Numbered from the stretch's first letter, positions 1-12,826 are shown. The stretch is DNA of 64,000 nucleotides from Nemertoderma westbladi (GCA_032718475.1 JAUCBJ010008332.1:48835-112834); one strand, 5' to 3'. The notes: a model not told the origin generated them from the letters alone. Numbers and translations: made by a program.

Positions 1-805
1 AAACCAAATATGGCTTCCCAACTTAACAAACAAAATATAATCAATATAACAAATGAATTAAATTCTGATAACTAACTCATAACAATTGTCATTTTAATGC
101 TAAATATGGTTATAATCAATATAACAAATGAATTCAATTCTGATTAACAAACTCAATATAACAATTGCTATTTTTTAAATAACAATTATAACAATTCAAT
201 AAAAACATTCCCTCAATTGGTTACAAAAGCATCCTCAGCTATACTAAAAGTCACTAAAATTCCAGGTCAGTCCGTTTTTCAATAATTTTTGTACTTCCTC
301 CTTCATTTCAACATATGATGTGTACCCCTTTAGGGAGTAGAACTGAGGGAACAGAAGTCTTGGCGGCTATTGAGCACATTGTTGGGCTAAGAAATTGACT
401 ATCCTCGAAGAAATCAACATATATTTGGTCACAAACCAACAAATTTGATCCAGTGATAAAGCGAACTAAGTCTTCTAGTTGCTTTGCATCGAAATCACTT
501 ACATTTTTTTAAAGTAAGACTGGGTTTCTAGCTGGGATTTACTAAGGTTTGGTGAGAAGTGAAGCCATTTCCAAAGCAATTGAGGCATTGGGTAAGCAAC
601 TGATTTGTATAACGCATCTATATCCACAACAGATTTAAATAAAAGGTCATTTGCAGGCAAACATAATGGCCAATGTTTCACAATGTATGCGTGTAGTTGA
701 ATAAATTCTTGGTTAGCTATTTCAATCATCAAGTTCTCTATACTACCTGAATTTGGAACTTTATGACAGGAAAATTGATCCAACACAGCAGTAATTCTTA
801 CTGCT

Positions 806-1703
806 GGCCAAATATGGCAATGCCCTGTGCGCAATTGCAGGAAGGAGAAGTCTATTCATCACAAGTCCTTCTTTCATGGTAGCAATCTGTCATTGATAAT
901 ATTGGTCGATTTTTTATACTACTGGTCTTTCGAAGACTTAACGTATCTCAAAGCCAAACATGAATTAGGTTGCGCAACCAATACTTTCGTTGACTGGTGT
1001 AACTTCCTAAGAGACATATGCTCTGAGCATTTCATTGAGAATCCTACTCGTTTAGGGGGAGAGAACAAAATTGTAGAAATTGATGAAAATATGTTTTGTA
1101 AACGTAAATATAACGTGGGACATATTGTAAATCAACAGTGGGTTTTTGGTGGATATGATATCGACACAAAACAAGGGTTTCTTATTCCAGTGGAGAGACG
1201 CGACGCTGACACCTTGCTTCCGATTATCCAGGATTATATAATCCCTGGTTCAATTGTGGTGTCGGATCTGTGGGGTGCATATAATACTATTGAACATCTT
1301 GGTTATAATCATTTCACTGTGAATCACAGTGTCAACTTCGTTGATCCCGATACCGGTGCCTGCACAAATAGAGTAGAGAATATGTGGATGAGGGCAAAGC
1401 GTAGAAACAAGAAGGCTTGTGGGACGGCACGTACTCTATTGGAATCTCATCTGATAGAATTCATGTGGCAATGAAGTTTGGAAAAGATCCGTTCAAGGCA
1501 ATAATAGAAGGAATAGCTAGGAAGTACACATTCTGAATACTGTATATAATGTACACATGTAGTGAACTCGCCATTGATATATACAGTAAAATGCATATAA
1601 TTAATATTTAACAGATATTAATACTATAAAATTTGATATTAATCCGGATTAAAAAAATTAAAAAATTTTTCAGAAAATGTGTGACGGATACTGCAAAAGT
1701 ACC
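806..1703 (+). mobile_element. Merlin (IS1595/ISXO2-like) DNA transposon, 5'-truncated
   Basis: ISXO2-like DDE transposase inside. The right end ...GGATACTGCAAAAGTACC at 1703 reads 5'-GG on the minus strand, as expected for Merlin. No left TIR; the HECT ORF resumes on both sides. Confidence 0.8.
812..1536 (+). pseudogene. Merlin/ISXO2-like transposase, N-terminally truncated, with a frameshift near the C-terminus
   Basis: WQCPVRNCRKEKSI zinc-ribbon remnant, VEIDENMFCKRKYNVG, QWVFGG, IVVSDLWGAY, HFTVNHSVNFVDPDTGACTNRVENMW. After the stop at 1474 another frame continues KFGKDPFKAIIEGIARKYTF*. Confidence 0.88.
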
Positions 1704-3489
1704 GATAATTTTTAGCGAATTACTCACCAAAGAAGACATTTAAAAAACATCTTCGATATTTTTACTGGCCAATAGCCCTCCCATTTATACCCATACCATA
1801 CAATTTTACCAATGGTTTCCCACTTCTTGTCTCCGCAATCATGTTGAACAACAGGTATTACTGAAGTTACACCTTTAGTGGCCTTCATGAAGAACTCTTC
1901 CCAGAATAGCGTCAGTAGTTTGCGAGTTAGTCCATGGTCATCTATAACTTGCTCGTTAATAAAAGTGACATCAACTGTGACAACTACTGTAGTAAAATCA
2001 TGCGTATTGAAAAAAGAGATAACATTTTCAAAGATGGAACTCACCTCAACCTCAATGGTTACCTCGTTGTCGAATTCTGGTTGATCTGGCGGGAGCTCAA
2101 GCTGTACCTCATCATTGACATTGACAAAATCACCATATCGCATCGGCGGTCTTGTCATCCATTGAGGCCTTTGAGAATCTATCTCGGATGCAACATCTTT
2201 ATCTGCAGATATTTCACTACCTGTAGCAATGGAAGAAATCAATGGTTGGAAATAATTCGATCATCGTGCTGCTAGCTCCTCTCGACTTAGGCATTCATGC
2301 TCAGGTATTGATTCATTGTCAGAAAAAGATTCGTGATTTTTGGTTATATAATCGGAATAGCTACCAGAAATACCTGATACAGTTGCTGATATGGTTATAA
2401 TGTCATCCACTCGAGCATTATCACACTCCAAACTTGCTACATATTCTTCATCCTGTTTGCAGACAACGCATATGTTAACAACTAATTACACGGCAATGTG
2501 CCCACACCAACACTGCTCTTCAAAGACAACCGACTAATCAGCGGTAGACTCTGAATTCTCAAAATTATCATAGAAGTATAGGAAGTATATCAAATGATTT
2601 CTCTTTGCTTTGAACAATTTGTAAACATTGCTTCCAGTTAGTTTTTCCCAGGGATCTAGGCTTGTTTCTACAAGTTTTGTGCAACAAGACTCTAGAAGGG
2701 TTGAGTTATCTTACTGTTAGAAGAAATAATTGCTTCAATAACTCCAGTTTCATCCAATGAGGTATTGAGAGTCAATTCATTAATAAGATAGCCTTTGGAG
2801 ACTAATTCTTCCTTCGCCTGACGTCGAGGTACTAAGGAACCGATCTTAAATTCCTTTGATAATAATAATATATCGACAGTATAAGGTTTAATTTTAAGTA
2901 CGGGTAAATCGTCTCCCTCAGTTGTCCTTTTCCTACCACTACCTTTACTGCTGGCACTGGTAGTAGGACCTCGACGATGGGACTGGGTTGATTGAAAAGA
3001 TCGATTGAACAACTGAGACAACTCACTATTAATTTCGTGAATGCGAATTCTTTGTTCTGGATCCATTCCAGCATTCACTTGTTGGCTACGTCTGATATGG
3101 TATAGATATTGTTGAATTGGGAATTGGGTCTATATTGTATATTCATGAATTACAGTAGGCCAACAGGTAGGTATTATTAGCATTAGGTTATGTGCTATGT
3201 ACTGTTATATGACCTATTACAGTATTATAACTTATGTACCAGGCACCATTATACTGTAAGTATCTGATCTGATACTATAGTCCATGGCTGTACTTATTAG
3301 GTCCCGTTCTATAAATTTTTTAATGTATTTATTGTACCTACAGTATTATCATACTGCATTTAGCGTAACGGTAGTGGTAGCCTACTGTCGTAGTGGCATG
3401 CAGGCACATTGCACATCAACGGCTAAACATGATAAATGAAGTGCTGATTGATATGTTTTTGAATCTCCCTCTACTTTAATTCAAATTTG

Positions 3490-3759
3490 TAAAACAGCCC
3501 ACATACTACAACAAAGTTCAACAGCCCATACAATGAAGTTCAACTACCCATACACTTCAACAAAGTTCGTTGTAGTGTGAGGGCAATGTTAGCCGAGAAA
3601 CTGCACACACACTACAACCAAGTTCATTAAAATGTGTAACTACTCACAAACTACAACGAAGTTGGTTGGAGTGTGAGGGAGGATTAGTCAAGAAACTCTA
3701 CACACTAGAACGAAGTTCGTTGTTGTGTGAAATATTTTTTGGCCCAACAGCGCCTCATA
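3490..3759. repeat. Transposon-end-like block with subterminal repeats, upstream of the HECT gene
   Basis: Repeated CAC(A/T)ACTACAAC(A/C/G)AAGTTC units in both orientations, ending in TTTTTTGGCCCAACAGCGCCTCATA (minus strand TATGAGGCGCTGTTGGGCC). Confidence 0.45.
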
Positions 3760-3774
3760 GCATATAGCTAAAGT

Positions 3775-4500
3775 GTTGGAGAAACCAATGCCAGTAACTG
3801 GAATGGGCACCACATTATTGGATGACAGTAGACAAGTCTACTCTTGGAAGAGTAACAAACAAACCAATATATAGTAATTTGTCCTTTGGTAAATAGTTCT
3901 AGAACAGCATTTCTTTTAGGAGCACATCCTGTTTAAGCTATAGATAGTGATAATTTATCAGAATTTATCCTGGTTCTAATATCTTAAATCATGAATTAAC
4001 AGATTGTATCTGGGATGTTGCTCATTTACTCAACCTCCTAGTTTGTGATGTAAAAGATGGAAAGGTTGGCAAATTAATTGCAATATTCCCAAAGACTCAT
4101 AAAGAGCACCCTCCAATTTCACAATGATCTCTCAAGAAGCAAAATTTTTGAAGAACTGTTAATTTAGTTAGTTTCGTGTGAATTAGGCATTATAACCCTT
4201 GTAGCATTAGGATACATATAACAGATTCACAAACAACTCATACACAGCATTTGCAATGAATAATGTAATTTGTAATAAATAACTACAAGGTGTTTATCAT
4301 GACATTGAATGAGTTCTTGGGAGCTGAGTTGGACTCAGAGAGGAACTAAACAGTGAGGTGTTTGGACTCTGTCATGACTTATTGCTGGTATACGACATTT
4401 TGAACCAATTATGAACCTAATGGTTGCAGTGCAAGATCTAGACCTCCCCTGCTGGAAGATATCACTCCAGATTCCAAGAGTCCTAAAGGATTTGGAATTA
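3775..4500 (+). pseudogene. Degenerate hAT-like transposase fragment
   Basis: Across frameshifts: LEKPMPVTGM..HYWMTVDKSTLGRVTN..IVICPLVNSSRTAFLLGAHPV and CIWDVAHLLNLLVCDVKDGK, which resembles the hAT CxxHxxxL motif. Confidence 0.4.
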
Positions 4501-5289
4501 CACTGTATTTCCCTTCCCTTTCCCACAACTACTACCCACTGTTTTTGCTACTGATTTTTCTGCCTTTTTTCCAGCTCGTTACTCCTCCTCGTTTTAATGC
4601 TTTCGTCACCATTAATAACTACAACATATTTTTTCTCAATTTTCTTCTGTGACTTCTTCATATTGCTAACAGCTGCTATAGTGGAAACACTTTGAACTGG
4701 TCTGATCATCTGTATTATAGCTTCAGGTAAGGCTTTTGTGGGAGTTAGTCGACTAGGCAAGGCTGCGCTAACAGTGGCAGTAACAGCTGGAGTTGCAGTG
4801 GTGGTAAAACCCGGAGTTGCATGGATGGATTTGCAGGGGTGGTAAAGGTACGATATGGAGTTGCCGGAGTGGTAATAGCTAGAGTTGCAGGGCTGATAAC
4901 CCGGTGAAAAATCCCAATGCGTAATGCATTTGTGCCACCTGCAGCATTTGTAAAAAGTGCATGAAATATTTTTTAAGATTCGTGATGCCTTCATCATGTA
5001 ATGTGCGTCTCATAATGTGTATAGTATTCATATCGTATGTGAGATTTCACATGCACATGCTTATGGCACATGTGATACGAATGCAGCTGCACCATGCTGG
5101 AAATTATTGCAGGTCCATTCTATTTAGGCGATACCAATGCAAATCATTCTCAATTACAGTACAGACCATAATTGTGGCCAATCACAATTCGGCAAATAAT
5201 AGTAAATGGTTTTATTAGTCATTAGCTTACTCCCATTTCTTTTTTGATATTAACCATATACTCCAATTTGTTATTAGAACACTCCATAA

Positions 5290-6475
5290 ACAAGGATAAC
5301 TGTCCAAAGTTTTCCAAGAACTTGAAACGAATATATGTTAAAGAAGCAACTAGAGTGTGGCTAGGATCATATGTAGTCTGAATGTTGACAACATTCCAAA
5401 ATTTTAGAACAACTTTCAAGAACAGTGCTGTTGAACACATTATTCAACCAACTTTATTAGATTTGCTTTGAAAATGCGATATACTTCTTGCCAGGCAAAT
5501 CTCGTTTACTTCAAGAAGTAGTACAACTCCCTCCTTTTACAACATTGAACAATCTGCAGAAAGGTGGAGTTGATGCCAAAAAGGCGCTAAATCGACTTCT
5601 CTGTGATGGAAAGTTTGATGAGGATGTCATCCTACTAGTAGATGAAATTAAGCTGCAGAAGGAAGCATCTTACAACCAGGGTGAGGGTGAATTAGATGGC
5701 CTTGATGAGGGTGGATAATTCTATACAGATATAATTTGCATCATGGTTGTTGCTCTGAAAGGCGTCATGCCCTATGTTGTATGGGCAGTGCCTATGTGGT
5801 CACCAACCGCAGTTTGTGTGGCGAAAAACTTGTTGTTATGAAGGATATTTCTGACAGCAAACTCTGCCTTTGAGTGATGGAAACTGATAATTCGGCAGTT
5901 AATTACTCAGCCTACTGCTATTTACTCCAACAATTTCTTGTCCAAGATGGATCGAGAGATGACTGCAAAATTTATTATGACAACAGCCGACTATTTTACT
6001 GTATAGCCTAGTGAATGGATAGTCGTTTACTTTTCCTAAGTTCGATTTCACACTATTGCATGATTCGATACACGTAGAGCAAGGCAGTTGTTGATGGAAG
6101 AATTTTCTAGATTTGTAGGATAGAGACCAATCACTCGATGATCATCTTTATATGGCATCAAAACTTATATACAGCGCTCTCCCTCCCACCTGGGAGATAA
6201 AATACAATCAGTTCCACTAGCCCATTCCATATTTCATTGCAAAACATCAGCAGCCTTGGAGCGATATTTTCAGAATAGAAAATCAGCTACACAATTTCAC
6301 CACCTGAGCAATACATGATGGGTGATACCCTACTCTAAACAGCGATACAACACTGATAATCAACCTGATAATGCTATTACTGCTGGTGACCAAAAGACAG
6401 CCTTTCTTCCTGCTAGCTCCAACTGGGTGTAAGAATCATAAGCCATTATATATATGCAATCTAGAGCCTTGGAAG
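5290..6475 (+). pseudogene. P-element/THAP9-like transposase, N-terminal and central part (host element)
   Basis: LPPFTTLNNLQKGGVDAKKAL...VILLVDEIKLQKEASY...FYTDIICIMVVALKGVMPYVV, then HLGDKIQSVPLAHSIFHCKTSAALERYF...SKQRY. Many stops. Confidence 0.75.
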
Positions 6476-8795
6476 CAAGGCGATACCTAGTACAGGCCGT
6501 GACACCGGAATTCTGGCCTCTGCTAGCGGAGGCTGAAAATTTGGTACCGGTACTGCTGACGGGCTGAACTACTGCAGCATCAGTACACAGTACTGCTGGC
6601 TAACCGTATATTTATTATTATTTATATTATTTATAATTAATTATTAATTATTTATATTTATTTATTTATTCTAACCGAAAGTGCTCTGTCGGTTATTGCT
6701 CGACTGGCTACTGGAATCGGAGTAAATCTAAATCTGGAACCGGTATTGCTGAGTCTATACCTGTGTACCGGTTTCCTTCCAACCCCAAAGAACGCAAACG
6801 GTGATTGAAAGCAATTCCGAATTTAATACACAATGTAACAAACAACATGTGAGTCTGTGCACTGCATTGGCCAGTCGATGTTCCACGATAACAGTTCCAG
6901 GGGGAGCTTCGATCCCAATTGTACCTCCGAGTATCTTCCTGGGAGCTCCAGATTCCGTTGTTCCTAAAACTCCAACCAATCCGCGCTCAATGGCAACAAC
7001 ATCTGCGGTAAAGCGCTGCCTTATCATGGAGGATCGGGAGTTAAAGAGATTCCGAGAGACGGACTCTGTAAGTGTTGATAATTTTAAGGTAAAACTTTCA
7101 ACGCATTTTGCAAAGCAAACAAAGCACACCTTTCTGTTTATGATAATACTATCTGTTTATTTAGCACCGAACGACAGAATTGTGTAAACGATTGGACTAT
7201 GTATCTCTCTCTTTTTGGTCGGAACTTGATGAAATAGAAACTCGCATCAATATTATCCTAAATCCTCCCAACAGCGAAGAGTTATCTGAGAAAAGAAGGA
7301 AACTAAGGTTTCTTTTAAGACAAGTGGAGTTGGTTAATGCCCCAAAGAACACAAAGGTTTACGATGTGGATGATATAATACTAGCCTTCCACTGGTATGC
7401 GATGTCAAGGTCATTATATAAAGAATTACGAAATGTCCTGCAAGTCCCTAATGTTCGAACTCTGCAAAGACTTACCAGCCGTGTTGACAAGATGAGTAAA
7501 GTGGACCTTATTAAACTACTTCTTAGCAATCAGGATGATCGCTGTAAGACTATAACTCTCCATATTGACAAGGTTTATGTTAAAGCGTCGATTGTTTACC
7601 ATGGTGGCCATATATTCGGTAACGCTGTAGATGATAGCAATAGTCTCGCTAGTACTATTTTGGCTGTTCCAGCATGATGTCTCTTTAGTGGAAAACACAT
7701 TGTTCTGCGATTGCTCCCCATTTCAGCATTAGATGCAGAATTCCTTTATAATGAAGTGATAGAAACGTGCAAGGAAGTCGTAGCTGCTGGAGGCATCCCA
7801 TTGGCCAGTATTGTGGTAGGAAATCGAGTCAACCAGAAATTTATGAAACTTTTTGAAACTGAACCAAACAAACCATGGGTGACTACTGAAATTCCTGGAG
7901 TTGATATATTTTTTTGTTGTATGGGAATACTTATCTTTTAATGTGTATTCGAAATAATTGGGTGACTGAGAGAACTGGAACAATTGAGTGGTATGATAAT
8001 GATATTGAAGATGTCTCTAATAGGTCAATCCATTCAGCTAAATGGGATGATATGGTTGCGCTATATAACAGTGATAAGGATTCGATAATTCGCTTAACTA
8101 CACTTAGTGAACCGGCTATTAAACCATCAGACATAGAGAAACAAAAGGTTGGTCTTGTTACTACTAAGATATTCTCTGAACAAACTTCAGCTGCACTTCA
8201 GACATATAGTGGTTCATCCTTCAGTTCGAAAGAAACGGCCAAATTCATAGATATCTTCTGTCGATTCCTTAGAATAACTAATGTGAGAAGGCTATATGAA
8301 CATATTAAAACTCGAGATCCGGATCGAAAACCCATCGACTCTATGATGTCACCTTCTATTCAATTTCTAAAGGAACTTGCAGTTTTAGCTCAACAATTAA
8401 GAACCCCAAAAATATGTAATCGAACTCATAATCTCACACCACAAGACACTGCAGATGCATTGAGCCATAATAGTTTGGCTATGGTAGACTTGGTTCGTTA
8501 CAGTATTAGTTTACTTAATAATAAGTAGGTATTTTGAATATATTGTAATTTATTGTATAATATATTTTATATCAATTATATATTTGTAAATTCTAATTTA
8601 ATTTCTATCTTCTAATTTAACTTCTCTAATTTAAATATCAATAAATAATAAATTATAATAAATAAAATTAATAATAAATAATATCAAAAAATGAATAATA
8701 ATGCTGAATTTAAAATGTTTTGTGACATTCAAAGTCGGCCTCCGCTAGCAGAGGCCAGAATTCCGGTGTCACGGCCTGTACTAGGTTTCGCCTTG
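6476..8795 (+). mobile_element. P-superfamily DNA transposon with 58-bp TIRs, nested in another P-like transposase
   Basis: Left TIR CAAGGCGATACCTAGTACAGGCCGTGACACCGGAATTCTGGCCTCTGCTAGCGGAGGC (6476-6533) has a near-perfect reverse complement at 8738-8795. Flanks CTTGGAAG / GCTGGAAG form an imperfect 8-bp TSD. Confidence 0.9.
6678..8528 (+). pseudogene. THAP-domain P-element transposase, fragmented and C-terminally deleted
   Basis: THAP remnant KCSVGYCSTGY...VYRFPSNPKERKR*LKAIPN...VCALHWP...PPSIF. Core motifs SRSLYKELRNVLQVPNVRTLQRLT, TLHIDKVYVKASIVYHGG, IRNNWVTE and PSDIEKQKVGL in ORFs 7180-7677, 7711-7941 and 7914-8528. Confidence 0.85.
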
Positions 8796-9580
8796 GCTGG
8801 AAGGGATTGAGTTTGACTCGTCAGACGTCCGTGGCATTCGTGCAGTCATGCCTGTCAACACCGACCTCTGCAATCAACTACTATCATTGGAAGGTTTTGA
8901 ATACGTGTATGTTTCCAGAGTCAATTCCAACCCATTAGAGTTGCGATATAGTCAGTACTGACAAATGAGCGGTGGTCTTTTCCTTGTTGGGTTACGTGAG
9001 GTGCTGAACTCTGAGTGGATATTACGAACACTTCATCTTATCTATGCTGACATAGACCTTTAGCTCGACTCCAGCCTGAATACACAGACTATCGATGTAA
9101 CGGAACTATAATACAACTCTAGAAGACAGCTGTGATTCCATAATCATGTCGGGGCTGTTGGAAGATACTGTGGATGTTGTGGAACATGTTGGAGGTTTTC
9201 TCATTAGGAAAATATTCGGAACATCAGGCTGAGTGTGTAGTGATTGTCCATTATTTAAAAGGGTCTCCATTGGTGATGATAACTGTGCATCATCTTCATC
9301 CTACATATCCATATTAGATCGAGGTGGCTGATAAACCTTCTAAATCATTCATTGAGTCTCTGGCAGATGTCTTTGCTCATTTAGATTATCACGAATCACT
9401 ACTAATAAATGTAAATAAATGTGTACAAATTGATTTATTGTTCTGTGATAATCACGCATTACAATTTTCAACCCCACCATTGTCAACATATTCTTCAACA
9501 AAGCACAATGTGAGTTGCCTTACAAGAGTCGTGTGCAAATCATTGTCGCATTTAAACAACAACAGCGGTCAAAGTTGGTG
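8796..9580 (+). pseudogene. C-terminal continuation of the host P/THAP9-like transposase
   Basis: GFEYVYVSRVNSNPLELRYSQY*QMSGGLFLVGLREVLNSEWIL matches the DPLE..F.QYRQMSGG.FLV motif region, followed by VVEHVGGFLIRK. Confidence 0.75.
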
Positions 9581-9659
9581 TAATAGAGTAAAATAATTGT
9601 GTATTAAACGCTAGATATTAGTTAGGGGTGGTTCATATGACATCATGGTATGATGACGT

Positions 9660-9880
9660 ACAGTAAGGTAGACTGCCTTTTGGGTATGTTAGACTGCTGT
9701 TTGGGTGGCGTTTGGGTATGTTAGAATGCCGTTTAGGTGGCATTTGGGGATGTTAGAATGCCGTTTGAGTGGCGTTTGGGTAAGGTAGACTGCGGTTTGG
9801 GTGGTGTTTGGCTGGCATTTTGGTAAGGTGGACTGCCATTTGGGTGGTGTTTGACTGCTGTTTGAGTATTCTTTAGTATG
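9660..9880. repeat. Degenerate minisatellite (~33-35 bp)
   Basis: Repeated GGGTGGCGTTTGGGTA(T/A)G(T/G)TAGA(C/A)TGC-like units. Confidence 0.7.
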
Positions 9881-10458
9881 TTAGATGGATAAAATTACAC
9901 AATTACACTCAATTACAGATGGATAAAACTACACAAAGTCAATCAAACCTGTGTGATTCATGCCTGGTTTGGTTATACATTTTACTGGAATACCTTACTC
10001 TGTATATCTACATAATAACTCGTACTGGTACAATGGAAACGCCATTTGTAGACTAATACGATACTTTGGCACCTCCACAAGGTCAATTTCTGGCAAGCGT
10101 CATGGATGTGGACAACACAGTAAACTGGAACTCCACCCATCTGGTAAAAGTTCGCATTGCGTCTCCAAAAGTGACCATGAATCACCGAGTCAACGATTCC
10201 TAAGAGTGGAAGTCAGCGTCCGTGTTTACTTATGGTTAAGCCTATGTAAGAAGTTCAAACGATGGGTAGAAGCAATCTGAGTCCCATTAGACTGTTGGTT
10301 GGTTAGGGAGTCTAGTTGTACTTGTAATCTACTGTGTTTCGGGCGATCTGCGATGTGCCGAAGTGATGATATCAACATGAACATTTTTCCCTCAAAAATA
10401 AACATTTCAATTTTTGAATAAAATTACGTATAAAGAATCAAGTACTAACTGTTTTCCT

Positions 10459-11540
10459 TTAACCCTATTTCCACTTGGCTGTTTAGACCATTTAGCAGCA
10501 CTGTCGGGGGTCGATTCGGCCCCCCACTGTATTTTTGTAATCATCCAATAAAATCCTACGAAATTTGGGCTGTAGGTGAAAAAATTATCGAAGAACATTT
10601 TCAAATCCAAAAAAATGAAAATTTCATAAGGTGGGTATAATAATTTTCATGAAAAATAGAAGTAGTTGTAGTCCCAGGACAAAATATAAATTTTTTTGAT
10701 ATTCTAAAACTGATAGTGTGTGGCATTGTTGGCTAGCATTAGTAGGTTTTTCACTATGCTGAATCGAATGTTATTATATTCCATTTCCGAAAATTGAACT
10801 GGATGCTATTTTTCGTGCACGTAAGAAGTGAGCGTGGTACTTGAAATTTTGAAAAATACGATATTCGGAAAATGCCCCCATCTTTTGATTACAACGCATT
10901 TTTATAGGTTTTCTGGACCGCTGAATCGATTGAAAATATTATCGAAGCCTGAAGACTTAGTGGATCGTCCTTTTTGGAGCACCAAAATTAGGGTGTGGCA
11001 CTTCAAATATTTAAAAATACGAGATTCGGAAAATAAACCGAAGTTGAGATTTCAACGCACATTTAAAGGTTTTCTGGACCGCTGAATCAATTGAAAGTAT
11101 TATAGAAGCCTGAAGACTTAGTGGTTCGGCATTTTTGGTGCACCAAAATTACGGAGTGGCACTTATTCAAATTTTGAAAAAGTACCACGCCCTAATTTTG
11201 GTGTACCAATAATGACGTACCACTAAGACTTGAGGCTTCAATATTACTTTCAATCGATTCAGCGGTAGAGATAACCTACAGTATAAAAATTGGTTGAAAT
11301 GAAAAACTTGTGGCATTTTCTGAATATCGTAAGCCTACTTGCCACGCCCTAATTTTGGTGCACCAAAAATGATGTACCACTAATAATTGAGTCTTCTATA
11401 TTACTTTCAATCGATTAAGCGGTCCAGAAAACCTATAAAAATACATTGAAATCAAAACTTCGGACTATTTAACGAATATTGCAATTTTGAAAATTTGAAG
11501 TGTCACTCCCTAATTTTAGGGTGTGGCACCCCTATTTTTC
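10459..11540. mobile_element. piggyBac-like non-autonomous element (left end only) with internal direct and inverted repeats
   Basis: Starts TTAA|CCCTATTTCC. Internal ~140-bp units (CTGGACCGCTGAATC...GCACCAAAATT) occur in both orientations. No right end found. Confidence 0.5.
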
Positions 11541-11713
11541 TATCCCATTCTTCAGATTGTTGGTAGGCTCCTTATTTGGAAGTAAGGGACTGAGGGAGGG
11601 TCTTGCCACGTAAAAATAAATGTATGTGTTACCTATGCGCATTTCGCTATTATGGGCATCTTCAGCTGTGTATAATTAAAATTAATGTGTTGGTGGTGCA
11701 GTCCATTATCCAT

Positions 11714-11970
11714 GTCGCAGTGTCCGAGTGGATACGGCGCCTGAACTGCTTACACAATAGTGTTGGTGGCGCAGGTTCGAATCCGACTAAAGGCTGTAGA
11801 AATTTCGCACTGTTGTGTCCCTAGACAAGACACTTTAGACATTAGTGCCTACGTCAACCCAGCGGTATAATGGGAACCTGGCTTTGCTGGGGTAATGATA
11901 ATAAAAGCGCTTTGAGTATGCTGAGCGTAGAAAAGCGCTATATAAATAACCAATATTATATTATATTATT
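11714..11970 (+). mobile_element. tRNA-derived SINE with CORE-like body and L2-type 3' tail
   Basis: A-box-like GTGTCCGAGTGG, B box GGTTCGAATCC, body TGTGTCCCTAGACAAGACACTTTA...ACCCAGCGGTATAATGGG, tail AAAGCGCTTTGAG...GAAAAGCGCTATATAAAT followed by (TATTA)n. Confidence 0.8.
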
Positions 11971-12270
11971 AGTTATGGTGGCCTATATCACAGTGGCTAA
12001 AGCCGGGACGACGGCCATGGAAAAGTAAATGCAGAAATGTTGTACCGAAGGGCAGTAGGTCAGGTTGGTTAGCGGTAGATGCATGCAGTAGATGTGGGTC
12101 TGCATGTAACAGATGCCATACCGGTACACTAAGGTTATGGTATTAGTGACCATAATAGAGTGGGGGGGGGGGGGGGGGGGTGTTAGGGGGATTCGTTCTT
12201 TGGTGGGGAATAATGGTATGAGTTATTAAAATATACTAAAATATACTAAAATTAATTAAACGCTCTCTTT

Positions 12271-12826
12271 ACTACTACTACTACTACTAGGTCGAGCGAA
12301 CTCGGACAAAATTTTTTTCTTTCAGTTGCGAGAGTAAACCGCTTGTGGTCGCAACTCCTACATGCGTCTTCGCAGTAGGTCGCCGTTGGTTGATTACCTT
12401 CCACCGACCTTGTCGCACGTCTAGCCGTTGGTTGATTACCTTCCGCCTATCCATGGCCTACAGCCCTGCTGCCGACTGTAGGGGTCCTTTTGTTACACCC
12501 TGAAACAAGTGTGCCTCCTGGGTTAGGTATCCAGTATAGACAGAGCGGGGCGTGTATCATCTCTATTGCAGATGCGTATCAAGCCTTTGCCTATGGTGCC
12601 CTAGGCGCTATAGCCCTCAATGACTTTATTTAGTTGACTGGGCTAAACCAACCCACTCTTGATCAACTAAATAATGAGTAGGCTACTGGCGCTTTTCGGG
12701 CCTGCCCTACTGGGCTGACAGCTATAGGTAGTACCACATTAGTGCCATAGTGGTAGCAGGAACTGGGGACCTGACCTGACTGACAAAATATAATATATTA
12801 TATTATAATATCTCCCTGGTTAAACG
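12271..12826. mobile_element. 556-bp hairpin-rich insertion flanked by a 30-bp direct repeat (Helentron-associated HINE-like element or retroposed RNA)
   Basis: ATATACTAAAATTAATTAAACGCTCTCTTT at 12241-12270 and 12827-12856. It begins (ACT)n-AGGTCGAGCGAACTCGGAC; this end motif recurs inverted near 49718-49750. Confidence 0.6.

Larger units (their letters stand above)
254..3078 (-). pseudogene. G2E3-like HECT-domain E3 ubiquitin ligase pseudogene (probably transposon-borne), interrupted by a Merlin element
   Basis: ORF 1724-2242 has the HECT N-lobe motif VTFINEQVIDDHGLTRKLLTLFWEEF...WETIGKIVWYGY...WPVKISKMF. ORF 499-834 and frameshifted sequence below it give the C-lobe LEDLVRFITGS...IAAKTSVPSVLLPKG/YTSYVEMKEEVQKII, stop at 254-256. 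An N-terminal part lies in ORF 2692-3078. Several frameshifts and stops; no evident introns. Confidence 0.7.

Noticed and set aside
4548-4997. 149-aa minus-strand ORF
   Set aside because: Low-complexity Thr/Ala/Lys content and no recognisable domain.
11714-11790. Possible tRNA gene (also 15871-15940 and 60885-60960)
   Set aside because: A and B boxes are present but there is no complete cloverleaf; two of the three continue into SINE bodies.
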